Source: a virus
Lineage: Duplodnaviria; Caudoviricetes
Virus record (IMG/VR): IMGVR_UViG_3300033512_000165
Location: 1 to 55,397 of that record
Strand: one strand, 5' to 3'
DNA: 55,397 bases
In this document: positions 36,027 to 45,779 of the stretch, piece after piece
How positions within the stretch are numbered: the stretch's first letter is position 1
Layout: each line of letters begins with the position of its first letter
Translations under genes and position numbers: made by a program
The notes under the pieces: generated by a model
The model's input: only the letters and a program-made list of their open reading frames with translations
Told to the model about the DNA's origin: nothing
Databases searched by the model: none

Positions 36027-36572
36027 TTAATTTTTATTTAATCTAAAACATATTTCTTCAAAAGCATCAAAAATAAAATTTAATCTTTCATTATACTTGG
36101 TACAATACACTACATTTTCTCCATCCATAAAACTCGGATAATTATTATATGCATATGATATATAACTGTATTCATAATCCAAATAATATAAACAATTGAT
36201 ATAATAATTAATCATTTCTTCTAATTCTTCATTTTCATAACCCATTTCAACTAATCCACCATTTATTAATTCATTTATTCTTTTTTCTGTTTTAATTGAA
36301 TCGAATTCATATACATTTTGTACGGAATCAGATGTTAATTTTTCACACCAATAATGTTCTGATATTGTATCATTTGTTGCATAAGGAATGAAATTTCTAT
36401 CAAATATCCAATTATCATAATCTCCTGTAACTAATAATTTACCATCTACATTTATAAATTTAATATTATGAATAATAGTATCTGGTATTTTTAACCAATG
36501 AATTATAACTAAATCATTTTTTTCAATTATTAGTTCATGTTTATCAAAACTTAAATTAGTTCTTTTTTCCAT
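36027..36572 (-). CDS. hypothetical protein
   Basis: 181-aa ORF. Confidence 0.7.
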   Translation of the reverse strand: MEKRTNLSFDKHELIIEKNDLVIIHWLKIPDTIIHNIKFINVDGKLLVTGDYDNWIFDRNFIPYATNDTISEHYWCEKLTSDSVQNVYEFDSIKTEKRINELINGGLVEMGYENEELEEMINYYINCLYYLDYEYSYISYAYNNYPSFMDGENVVYCTKYNERLNFIFDAFEEICFRLNKN

Positions 36573-36573
36573 A

Positions 36574-36957
36574 TTAAAGTGGTTGTGTTATTTGTTCCCT
36601 ACAAATCATATAAAACACATTACGGGCTAATGCACATAAATCATAATAATCATTATTTTCAATTTGATTTAATTCTAATAATTCAGGTATTGCTATAAAA
36701 ACATCTTCGGATATAAGTGAATTTAATTGGTCATATGTAAATCCTTTAACATCATTATATGACCTGAAATATTTTTGTTGCAAATAATCGGAAAATGCTT
36801 TAAGTGGTTTATCAATGTTAATTTTTGCTCGATGTGAATTTGATGCTAACCAATAAGCCATTGCACCATTAAAATCACTCAACATTAAGTGGAATATTTC
36901 ATCTTTGAAATTTTCACCTATATCCTTATTATATAAGTGATACTTTGTTTTTTCCAT
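36574..36957 (-). CDS. hypothetical protein
   Basis: 127-aa ORF. Confidence 0.65.
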   Translation of the reverse strand: MEKTKYHLYNKDIGENFKDEIFHLMLSDFNGAMAYWLASNSHRAKINIDKPLKAFSDYLQQKYFRSYNDVKGFTYDQLNSLISEDVFIAIPELLELNQIENNDYYDLCALARNVFYMICREQITQPL

Positions 36958-36981
36958 TTTTTTATTTGATTTTTAAAAGTT

Positions 36982-37578
36982 TTAAAATAGTCCAATCCAA
37001 GGAATTACAATAGGTACAGGTACTCCTGGAAGAGGAACTGGTTGTAAAGCATAATATGTACCTGATATAGTTGATAAATATGTTGTATATGCAGATACTA
37101 ATGAATTTGATAATAATATACTTCCTTCTTCAAATGTATTAGATAGTTTACCAGAATTAAATGAATTATATAATAATGTTCCAAATGAAATAGGTTCTCC
37201 AGGAAATAATATTATATTTGAAATAGGTAATTGAGGAATAACAGTTGCAATAGGAGTAGGTAAATTACTTAATGTAATAGTTGAAAATAAATATGATACA
37301 ATTGAACTTGATAAAGTAATATATGGTACTGATAATAGATTAACAAATGAATTAATATTTGTTTCAAAACACAATAAAAAAAATGATTTTATTGTATTAA
37401 TAACTGTTTCAATATCAGTTACAAAGCCAACAATACTACCAAATAATGTATTTGATTTTAATAAAACATCATTTACAAAAATACTTGCATGATTATATGA
37501 TGCTTCTTCAATTGTATTAGGTCTTAATGTATATGTAGCATTAAATATTTTAGTTTGTACTTCTACCCAATTTACCAT
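36982..37578 (-). CDS. hypothetical protein, possibly virion-associated (Pro-rich C-terminus ending PWIG)
   Basis: 198-aa ORF. Confidence 0.55.
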   Translation of the reverse strand: MVNWVEVQTKIFNATYTLRPNTIEEASYNHASIFVNDVLLKSNTLFGSIVGFVTDIETVINTIKSFFLLCFETNINSFVNLLSVPYITLSSSIVSYLFSTITLSNLPTPIATVIPQLPISNIILFPGEPISFGTLLYNSFNSGKLSNTFEEGSILLSNSLVSAYTTYLSTISGTYYALQPVPLPGVPVPIVIPWIGLF

Positions 37579-38078
37579 TTTAATTTTGATATTTTAAAAT
37601 CATTTGAATATATAAGAGTTTTAGATATATCTATTTTATTAAATACAATAGGAATAATATAATTATTATTTAATATTATATTAAGTTTATCAATATGTTC
37701 ATTTTGTATATCATATTGAATATTTATTAATGATATATTTATTTCAGTATTTGTAACATTTAATTCAAGTATATTTTTAGGTTGTAGTATTAATGTATCA
37801 TTTGATATTTCCTTAATATTATTTAAATTAATTTTTATATCAATGTTTTTATACATATAAGCGTATACATTACCACTACTATTAATATATTTATCAAGTG
37901 TTATTTTATTTTTATAAATATCGTTTATAGTTTCAATGGAATGTAAATCTGTAAATTGTTTATCACATTTAAATTCGACTGTTTTTGCTACTGTATCCTT
38001 ACAATAAAATCTAAAATTATTCATGTCTAAATCATGAATAATTTTATTATTTTTATCTCTAAGTATATAATGTTCCAT
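37572..38078 (-). CDS. hypothetical protein
   Basis: 168-aa ORF. Confidence 0.55.
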   Translation of the reverse strand: MEHYILRDKNNKIIHDLDMNNFRFYCKDTVAKTVEFKCDKQFTDLHSIETINDIYKNKITLDKYINSSGNVYAYMYKNIDIKINLNNIKEISNDTLILQPKNILELNVTNTEINISLINIQYDIQNEHIDKLNIILNNNYIIPIVFNKIDISKTLIYSNDFKISKLKW

Positions 38079-38081
38079 TTT

Positions 38082-39011
38082 TTATTTTTCTAATTTTATA
38101 TTAATTATTTGTACAATGGCACTCATAAAATTAATTTCTTTATTTACAACAAATGATTCTCTATATTGTGAATCAGCTAATGCAACAATAATTAAAAATT
38201 GTTTATATGTGTTATTTGTAACTAAATCTAAAGAACTATAAATATAATCGTGTAGTTTTTGAAAATCTCGTACTTTATTATCAGCCACTAATTTTCTTAT
38301 TTCTTGAAACATCGAAGTTGAATTTGTTCCTGCTTTTAAAATATCAACAACATTTTTCATAAAATCAGTAACCATTAAAGAAGTGCCTTCCAACTGTAAT
38401 ACATTATTTAATATATTTTGTTGAACTGTTTGAATTATATTTCTAATATCAGGATAATATTGATTTACTATTTTTGCCAAATCTTCATTATTATATGTAA
38501 TATGTTCCTGTTCTAAAATATAAATTAATCGTTTAATAACTTCTAATTTATTCGGTGGTTCAACTGTAAATGTTTGAAATCTACTTATCATTGCTCCATC
38601 TATTTTTTCTAAATAGTTGGTTGTAATAATAAAACGTGTTGAATTACTATATGTTTCAACTACATTTCTTAACATTTGTTGTGCAGGCATACTAAATCTA
38701 TGAAACTCATCCAAAAATACAATTTTCCATTTATTTAATGAAACTGTTTGGATAAAATCTTTTATTTTAACTCGAACAACATCAACATTATTTTCATCTA
38801 CTGCATTTATATATAGTACATCAGCATCAATCAATTTTGTTAAAATTTTACCTATTGATGTTTTTCCTGTGCCAAAATGTCCAGATAATAAAATATTAGG
38901 TATTTCTTGCTCTTTTATAAACGAAGCTAATTTTTCTTTTAAAACTTTGTTACCAACCAAATCTTCTAATGTTTTTGGTCGATATTTTTCAACCCAAATG
39001 TTTATTGCCAT
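38082..39011 (-). CDS. clamp loader ATPase subunit (T4 gp44/RFC-like)
   Basis: WVEKYRP, GHFGTGKT Walker A, FLDE Walker B, SRF, PDIR. Confidence 0.95.
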   Translation of the reverse strand: MAINIWVEKYRPKTLEDLVGNKVLKEKLASFIKEQEIPNILLSGHFGTGKTSIGKILTKLIDADVLYINAVDENNVDVVRVKIKDFIQTVSLNKWKIVFLDEFHRFSMPAQQMLRNVVETYSNSTRFIITTNYLEKIDGAMISRFQTFTVEPPNKLEVIKRLIYILEQEHITYNNEDLAKIVNQYYPDIRNIIQTVQQNILNNVLQLEGTSLMVTDFMKNVVDILKAGTNSTSMFQEIRKLVADNKVRDFQKLHDYIYSSLDLVTNNTYKQFLIIVALADSQYRESFVVNKEINFMSAIVQIINIKLEK

Positions 39012-39085
39012 ATTATTTATTTTAGTATTTTATTTAAACTAAAAAAAATAAAAATAGTTTTTATAAAAAATAAACAAAAAAAACA

Positions 39086-39099
39086 GTATATATATTAAA
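39086..39099 (+). promoter_or_regulatory. putative late promoter
   Basis: GTATATATATTAAA. Confidence 0.65.
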
Positions 39100-39122
39100 T
39101 AAACAATTTAAAAAGAAATAAC

Positions 39123-39521
39123 ATGACAACAAAACAAAAACAATTATTGGAATCTTACATTGAAAAACAAGTAAGAAAACAATTAACCGAAGGTAATAAT
39201 GACGTATATAGTTTTAAAAACTTAGGCGGTGGGTTAAGACAAGTAAATATTGATTTTGACTTTTTTGAAAATAATGACCTCAAAATAAGTACAGGATTAT
39301 ACTCAACAATGAACACATTGAAATATAAACCAAAGGGTCAATTATTAAATATGGTAACAAATATGCATAAAGAGGATGATGAAAGTTTATATAAAAAAAT
39401 AGGTAAAATAAAAAAAGAAATGGAATCAGAAATTGAATCTATGATTCAATCAGAATTAGAAAAAGCAGATAATTCAATTGGAACAAAGTTACAAAAAATA
39501 GTGGATAAATATAATAAATAA
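39123..39521 (+). CDS. putative virion internal protein (leader MTTKQKQLLESYIEKQVRKQLTE)
   Basis: Leader DNA 64/69 nt identical to that at 15939. Confidence 0.7.
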   Translation: MTTKQKQLLESYIEKQVRKQLTEGNNDVYSFKNLGGGLRQVNIDFDFFENNDLKISTGLYSTMNTLKYKPKGQLLNMVTNMHKEDDESLYKKIGKIKKEMESEIESMIQSELEKADNSIGTKLQKIVDKYNK

Positions 39522-39528
39522 AACTAAC

Positions 39529-39913
39529 ATGGATAAACAAAAAAAAAAACAGTAACATTGTATTAGAAAATATTATTTCTAAGGTAGTTAAAAGAGTATT
39601 AAATGAAGGTACATGGAAAGTAACAGTTGATATTGAAAAAGAATGGGAATTATTATCAAATGCTATAGATGATGCAAGTGATAATATTTTACCAATGTAT
39701 CTTAAATTTCGTAAAAAATTAATAAGTGAATTAAATAAAGTTAAAAATATTATTCCTGATATAGATGATGAAATAGATGATATTATTCAATCATTTGAAA
39801 TATTAGGAAAAGAGGAAATGGAGGATGGTAGTTTTGAAGATGAGTTTAACTATCGTTGGGATGACTTATATAATTTCGCAGATGCATATAAAATATGGGT
39901 AAAAATACGATAA
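39529..39913 (+). pseudogene. leader-family gene frameshifted in an A11 run
   Basis: Removing one A from 39539-39549 gives MDKQKKNSNIVLENIISKVVKRVLNE... continuous with ORF 39695-39913. Confidence 0.75.
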
Positions 39914-39919
39914 TCACAT

Positions 39920-39951
39920 AAAAACACACATACAATTAAATGTGTGTTTTT
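39920..39951. terminator. bidirectional intrinsic terminator
   Basis: AAAAACACACAT...ATGTGTGTTTTT. Confidence 0.85.
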
Positions 39952-39969
39952 TATTTTAAATAAAAACAA

Positions 39970-40224
39970 CTAAATTAATCCTAATATTTTTAATGTATCA
40001 ATAATATATTTATTATTAACTTTAACCTTTTCAGTATATTCATTAAATGGTTCTAAACTTTGCATTATTGCAAATAGTATTCCTTTGTTTAATTCAAAAT
40101 AGAACTTTATATTATGTTCAATATAAAAATTATAAGGTTCTGCAATTGCAAATGGAATAATTTCTTCTTCTATCATAACAGTTAATGCTAAATGATTTAC
40201 TCTTTCATCGTTTATACCATTCAT
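39970..40224 (-). CDS. hypothetical early protein
   Basis: Single gene behind an early promoter. Confidence 0.65.
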   Translation of the reverse strand: MNGINDERVNHLALTVMIEEEIIPFAIAEPYNFYIEHNIKFYFELNKGILFAIMQSLEPFNEYTEKVKVNNKYIIDTLKILGLI

Positions 40225-40248
40225 TTTATTTAATTTTAAATTATATTA

Positions 40249-40304
40249 CAAAGATAAAATATTTATTAAACAAATACAAATTAATTTATGTTAATAAAAG
40301 TTAA
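40249..40304 (-). promoter_or_regulatory. early promoter with TTAAC repeat
   Basis: Same consensus as the other copies. Confidence 0.85.
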
Positions 40305-40307
40305 ATT

Positions 40308-40321
40308 GTATTTATTTAAAA
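40308..40321 (+). promoter_or_regulatory. putative late promoter for baseplate genes
   Basis: GTATTTATTTAAAA. Confidence 0.7.
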
Positions 40322-40334
40322 GTAAATATAAATT

Positions 40335-42146
40335 ATGAATAAGCAAATAAATTATTTAAATAAAGATTTTACACAATTCAAAACAAATTTATTAGAATTT
40401 GTAAAAGTTTATTTTAAAAATACATTAAATGATATAAATAATACAGACCCAGCAATGATGTTTGTTGAAATGGCAAGTTATGTAGGAGATGTATTATCAT
40501 TTTACATGGATTATCAATTTAAAGAAAATTTGTTATTGTATTCAACTGATATATCAAATGTAATACAATTAGCACAAATGAAAGGTTATAGACCTCGTAT
40601 TGTATCTCCTGCAAAAGTTGAATTAAGTGTATATCAAATAATACCTTCTATATTAAATGGTACTGAATATGAACCAGATTATAATTATGCTTTAAAAATT
40701 AATGCTGGAATGAAAGTATCATCTATAACAAATACAAATTTAACATTTAGAACATTAAAAGATATAGATTTTAGTTTCCAAAGTTCAACTGATACAACTG
40801 ATATTACTGTTTATGAATTGGATAGTTATAATAATCCTGTTTATTATTTATTAAAAAAATATGTTGAAGCTGAATCAAGTTTAGTTAAAACATATACATA
40901 TCAGGTAACAAGTGCAACAAGATATTTATCAATAGAAATACCTGATTCAAATGTAATAGGAATTGAAAAAATAGTTGATAGTGAAACAAATATATGGTAT
41001 GAAGTCGATTATTTAGCACAAGATACTATATTTGAACAAATAAATAATCCAAATGAAACAACAAAAGATGAAACTCCTTATATTATAAGATATAAATATG
41101 TTCCTAAAAGATTTATAACACGATATAATACTGATAATAAATTAGAAGTTAGATTTGGTAGTGGTACAACAAATGATATGGATGAAACTGTAACACCACA
41201 TCCAGATAATATTGGATTAACAAATCCAATGCAAAGAAATACATCTCAATATGATTATAATGTTTCTAATTTTTTATTTACTGATAGTTATGGACAAGTA
41301 CCATTTAATACAACTTTTACAATTTATTATATTGTAGGAAATGGTATAGATAGTAATGTTGTAAGTAATAATTTACAAGTTGCATCAGAAGTAATATATT
41401 CAAATGATGATACATTTTTAGATAAAACATTATTTTCACAAATAAAACGTTCTTTATCAGTTAATAATGAAGAAAGTGCTGTCGGAGGAAGAGGACAGGA
41501 AAGTATAGATACAATTAAAGAAAATACATTAGCTTATTTCTCTGCTCAGGATAGATGTGTTACAAAAGAAGATTATATGTTAAGAGCATTAAATATGCCT
41601 TCACGATTTGGTAGTGTATCAAAAGTATATGTAGAAAATTCCCAAATAAATAAAAATGAATTGGATATGTTTTTACTTGCTTATGATAATAATAAATATC
41701 TAATACTAACAAATGAAACAATAAAAGAAAATTTAACTGTATATTTGGATAGATATAGAATGATAACAGATACCATTCATTTATTGGATGCTTATATTGT
41801 AAATATTCAAGTTAAATTTAACATCACAATATATCCTAATTTCAATAATAAAGAAGTATTGTTAAATAGTATTACTACATTACAAACGTTCTTTAATATT
41901 GATAATTGGAGTATAAATCAACCTATAATATATTCTGATATTTATAAAGAATTATTAACTGTTGAAGGAGTTAAAACAGTTCAAAGTATTATTATAGAAA
42001 ATATATTTGATGATGATTTAGGATATAACAAAAATTATTATAATATTGATATTGCTACTAAAAATGGAGTAATATATCCAAGTAAAGACCCAATGATTTT
42101 TGAAGTTAAATTTCCTAATAAAGATATAATTGGTAGAGTTGTTTAA
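40335..42146 (+). CDS. baseplate wedge subunit (T4 gp6-like)
   Basis: YLNKDF, EMASYVGDVLSFY, FGSG, GG...ES, QDRCVTKEDY. Confidence 0.9.
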   Translation: MNKQINYLNKDFTQFKTNLLEFVKVYFKNTLNDINNTDPAMMFVEMASYVGDVLSFYMDYQFKENLLLYSTDISNVIQLAQMKGYRPRIVSPAKVELSVYQIIPSILNGTEYEPDYNYALKINAGMKVSSITNTNLTFRTLKDIDFSFQSSTDTTDITVYELDSYNNPVYYLLKKYVEAESSLVKTYTYQVTSATRYLSIEIPDSNVIGIEKIVDSETNIWYEVDYLAQDTIFEQINNPNETTKDETPYIIRYKYVPKRFITRYNTDNKLEVRFGSGTTNDMDETVTPHPDNIGLTNPMQRNTSQYDYNVSNFLFTDSYGQVPFNTTFTIYYIVGNGIDSNVVSNNLQVASEVIYSNDDTFLDKTLFSQIKRSLSVNNEESAVGGRGQESIDTIKENTLAYFSAQDRCVTKEDYMLRALNMPSRFGSVSKVYVENSQINKNELDMFLLAYDNNKYLILTNETIKENLTVYLDRYRMITDTIHLLDAYIVNIQVKFNITIYPNFNNKEVLLNSITTLQTFFNIDNWSINQPIIYSDIYKELLTVEGVKTVQSIIIENIFDDDLGYNKNYYNIDIATKNGVIYPSKDPMIFEVKFPNKDIIGRVV

Positions 42147-42156
42147 AATATAATTT

Positions 42157-43077
42157 ATGATAAAAATACATCAAATAAAAAAAGATTGTACTATTGTAAA
42201 AGATAGTACTATTAACTTAGGATTAGACCCAATATTGGAATTAAGAGAAGATACACATTGTTTGTTACAATTTAATAATACATTTGATATAAACAATACA
42301 TATATATTAAATTTAACAGTTGCTAATACTTATAATTTAAATAAAAACGACAATATTTTAGCTTTTCCTTTATTATATGATTTTATTGAAGGAATAGGTA
42401 AAGTTGATTATTCTCCGATTATTACAAAGGATGTAAATTGGTATAATAGAGATAATAACAATACATGGATTAATGAAGGTGGTGATTATGATGAATATGG
42501 TATTATGGATAACATCTATTTTGATAATACAAATAAAATATTATTTGATTTAGAATATCTTAAATCATTTGTAGATTTAGGTATTTTACTTAAATGGACT
42601 GAAAACGACTTAACTGAAAAAAATATTTTGTTGTATTCAAAAGATACACATACTATTTTTTATCCTAAAATAATTGAAACTGAACCTCAATTATTCATGT
42701 CAAATAAACAAATAGTATTATCGGATATGTTTAATGTATATGAAATAAATCCTACATCTAAAAGAAGTAATACTGTACAAAGATTTAGATTTAGTGCTAA
42801 AGATTTATATAGTGAAAAAAATTATACTGAAACAAATGATTATGTTAATCAATATAATTTACCAGATACAACATATATATCATTAATTGATTATGCAACT
42901 AAGGATGTTATTATTCCATTTAATGATAATATTAAATTAAATTGTGATTCAATTAGTAATTATATAGATATTGATTTATATAATTTATTAAATAATAGAT
43001 ATTATAATATTCAACTAAAAGTAAAAATGAATAAATTAGAAAAAGTATTTTCTGATTTTATATTTTTTATAGAATAA
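42157..43077 (+). CDS. putative virion structural protein
   Basis: Co-transcribed with gp6; W...GGD and YSKDTHTIFYPK motifs. Confidence 0.6.
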   Translation: MIKIHQIKKDCTIVKDSTINLGLDPILELREDTHCLLQFNNTFDINNTYILNLTVANTYNLNKNDNILAFPLLYDFIEGIGKVDYSPIITKDVNWYNRDNNNTWINEGGDYDEYGIMDNIYFDNTNKILFDLEYLKSFVDLGILLKWTENDLTEKNILLYSKDTHTIFYPKIIETEPQLFMSNKQIVLSDMFNVYEINPTSKRSNTVQRFRFSAKDLYSEKNYTETNDYVNQYNLPDTTYISLIDYATKDVIIPFNDNIKLNCDSISNYIDIDLYNLLNNRYYNIQLKVKMNKLEKVFSDFIFFIE

Positions 43078-43084
43078 CAATTAT

Positions 43085-43426
43085 ATGAAACAACAAACAA
43101 TAAGAAAAAATAATATATCAGGTAATTGGGAACATAAACTTCAAAATCAAACTGATAAATGGGGAATAGGAATAATTGAAAATGATAATGTATTACTAAC
43201 AAATGATTCTAATAATGTACCTATATATAAAGATAATAAATTAATTATTTATGAAGGATTGAATTATTACAAACAAGAAATAAATACAACTCAATTAGTA
43301 AGGGAAGATTTTTATTCTGTAATAAATTCAACAAATATTAATATTAATGAAATAACAGAACCTATTGATGATACAGTTGTTTCATCTGTAACTGAAGATG
43401 AATTGGATTTAACTTATGATGGATAA
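43085..43426 (+). CDS. hypothetical protein
   Basis: In late operon. Confidence 0.6.
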   Translation: MKQQTIRKNNISGNWEHKLQNQTDKWGIGIIENDNVLLTNDSNNVPIYKDNKLIIYEGLNYYKQEINTTQLVREDFYSVINSTNININEITEPIDDTVVSSVTEDELDLTYDG

Positions 43427-43437
43427 AATAAAATTAT

Positions 43438-43800
43438 ATGAATAAACAAAAACTAAATAATATAATCAAAGAAATTATATTAAATAATAAAATAAAAATA
43501 ACTGATTTTATTGATAATCTAAAATATACAATTGAAAGGATTATTCCTAATTCAAAAGGTTATTTTAGATTTGAAAACAATTCAATTTATATTACATTTA
43601 CTGATATAAAGAATAATCGTAAATATGAATTTGTTATTTATATTTTTGATGATTCAATTATAAATGAGAATGATTTTATAAAATTTAATACTATATTAGG
43701 ATTATCAATATTAAATGATAAACGTATTAAAGGTAATTATATAAAAATAAAAAATGAAATTACTAAGTATTTAAAACAAAAAAATCCTACAATTATGTAG
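43438..43800 (+). CDS. hypothetical protein with leader-like start (MNKQKLNNIIKEII)
   Basis: End of late operon. Confidence 0.55.
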   Translation: MNKQKLNNIIKEIILNNKIKITDFIDNLKYTIERIIPNSKGYFRFENNSIYITFTDIKNNRKYEFVIYIFDDSIINENDFIKFNTILGLSILNDKRIKGNYIKIKNEITKYLKQKNPTIM

Positions 43801-43805
43801 GATTT
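43782..43805. terminator. bidirectional terminator
   Basis: AAATCCTACA...TGTAGGATTT between convergent genes. Confidence 0.75.
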
Positions 43806-43809
43806 CTTA

Positions 43810-44187
43810 TTATTTTAATAATTGAGGATTATTATTTTTTCTAAAGTTTTCTGCTGATGTATTCATACTTTTTAAAAATTGACTATAATTTTTATTAACC
43901 AACTCATTTAAAATTGGATTATTTTCAAATTGTGGGTCGTAGTTAGCTGGAAAACTTCCTTCTTGTGGAATAAGAGTTTTTGTTTTTTGTTGTGGTAAAT
44001 TAGGATATGGTGTTGGTTGTTCATAATTTACATTTTGTTGTGGTTTTCCTGTTTTAGCAACTATTTCAGTTAAACGTTGAATTTGTGCTTTTTGAGTTTT
44101 AATCTCATTAATTAAAGGAGTTACAATTTTTGTTATTTCACCTTTAACTATTTTCGATACCATTTGTGTTAATTGTTGTTCTGTCAT
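43810..44187 (-). CDS. hypothetical coiled-coil, Gln/Pro-rich protein
   Basis: 125-aa ORF. Confidence 0.65.
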   Translation of the reverse strand: MTEQQLTQMVSKIVKGEITKIVTPLINEIKTQKAQIQRLTEIVAKTGKPQQNVNYEQPTPYPNLPQQKTKTLIPQEGSFPANYDPQFENNPILNELVNKNYSQFLKSMNTSAENFRKNNNPQLLK

Positions 44188-44210
44188 AATATTTTTGTTT
44201 TTTTAATTGT

Positions 44211-45398
44211 TTATTCTCCGTATATCTTTGTGCTTAAAATATATTTTAAACTTGTTAATTTTGTTTTTAAATTAATAAAATTTGTTTGTGCTGGAGGTAA
44301 CATTGGAGTAGTTGGTCCAACTCCCGTACCAAATATCATTATTAATAAATTATCAATTATTTCTATAAGTGTATTTAATAATTGTGTACCTAATACAAAA
44401 GGTTCCTGTTCATTAGATGCAGTTTTATCTCCTAAATATATTTTATTACTATTTAAACCTATATAATTTTCCGAATTTAAAACAATATTATCATTTGAAG
44501 TTAAATATGTACTTTTATCCGAACTCAATATAATACTATCCTTTTTAGCATTTAATATAATCCTATCTGTATTACATATTATTTGAGGTTTGTTGTACTT
44601 ATTTACTTCATCTGGAGTATATTGTTTAACAAATCCCTTTCGTTCCTTAGCGGTTAATTTAATAGGTATTGTTTGCCCTGTTGTTATCCATACATTTGAA
44701 TCATCATTATTAATATCTTCTGTTTTAAATTTAAAGTTTACTTCGTTATTTCTATTTGTATTGATAATTATAATAGGTTCTCCTGCTTTTCCTTGTTTAC
44801 TCCAAGCATTTTTATCATATGGAGTTGTTGTATTACCAAATCTTATACTTTGTCCAAAACGACCTTCAAATATAATATCTCCTTCAAATGGTTGTAATTT
44901 ATTAACTGTTGATTGTTCACTAAAATATTCTCCTAATATTATATTTTGTGTTTTTTTACTATTAACTCCGGTAAATTTAGTATAATCTTCTTGTTTTTCA
45001 CGTTCTGTACTTATTGTTGAAAACGGTAAAGCATTATTATTAATTAGATTCCATACATTTATAGTATTATCATAATAGTAAGTTGTTCCTTGTTGAACAA
45101 CTCCTGTATGAGCGGAAATACTTTCAAATATAGTTACTATTTCATAACGTAATGGATATATTTTAATATATGGGTTTGATGGTTTTGCTATTGGTAGTTG
45201 ATTGTATTTTTTATTAAAATCTGTGAATAATCTTCTAAACACTATGCTACCAATATCCATATTAGTTGAATATCGTGGATGATTTTCATTATATATTACA
45301 TCAACAACTTCAGCTGGTTCGTATTCTTTAGATTGAAGTTTTGGGTCTATAATATTTTTTGTTGACTTTATATTTTTATTATATTCCAGCATATTCAA
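44211..45398 (-). CDS. baseplate central spike/hub (gp5-like)
   Basis: N-terminal OB-like region, EGDIIFEGRFGQSIRFG, DRIILNAK beta-helix, GTGVGPT tip. Confidence 0.75.
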   Translation of the reverse strand: MNMLEYNKNIKSTKNIIDPKLQSKEYEPAEVVDVIYNENHPRYSTNMDIGSIVFRRLFTDFNKKYNQLPIAKPSNPYIKIYPLRYEIVTIFESISAHTGVVQQGTTYYYDNTINVWNLINNNALPFSTISTEREKQEDYTKFTGVNSKKTQNIILGEYFSEQSTVNKLQPFEGDIIFEGRFGQSIRFGNTTTPYDKNAWSKQGKAGEPIIIINTNRNNEVNFKFKTEDINNDDSNVWITTGQTIPIKLTAKERKGFVKQYTPDEVNKYNKPQIICNTDRIILNAKKDSIILSSDKSTYLTSNDNIVLNSENYIGLNSNKIYLGDKTASNEQEPFVLGTQLLNTLIEIIDNLLIMIFGTGVGPTTPMLPPAQTNFINLKTKLTSLKYILSTKIYGE

Positions 45399-45777
45399 TA
45401 TTATTTATTTTATCTATGTTTTTTTCAGTTATTTGTTCAACTCTATCATTCATTTTTTTATCCAATATTTCTAAATCTTCTGCTGTAAGATTCATTATGT
45501 CATTGAATGAGTTTCCATTATTTTCAAACGTATAATTCATTCGTTGTACAATTTTAGACATTTCCAATAATATTTTATCATTATTAATTGAAGTATCAAG
45601 AAATTCTTTTATAATAGGAGCTAATATAGTTGCATCATTTAATGATTTAATAAATTGTTGGAAATCCTGTATAGAATTCATTATTTTTTCATTTCTATAT
45701 TGATTATTAATGTATGCTATTTTAAATGCATCTGCTACATTAACACTGTCAAATAATTTTAATTCATTTGTTTCCAT
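45379..45777 (-). CDS. hypothetical helical protein
   Basis: 132-aa ORF. Confidence 0.65.
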   Translation of the reverse strand: METNELKLFDSVNVADAFKIAYINNQYRNEKIMNSIQDFQQFIKSLNDATILAPIIKEFLDTSINNDKILLEMSKIVQRMNYTFENNGNSFNDIMNLTAEDLEILDKKMNDRVEQITEKNIDKINNIEYAGI

Positions 45778-45779
45778 TA

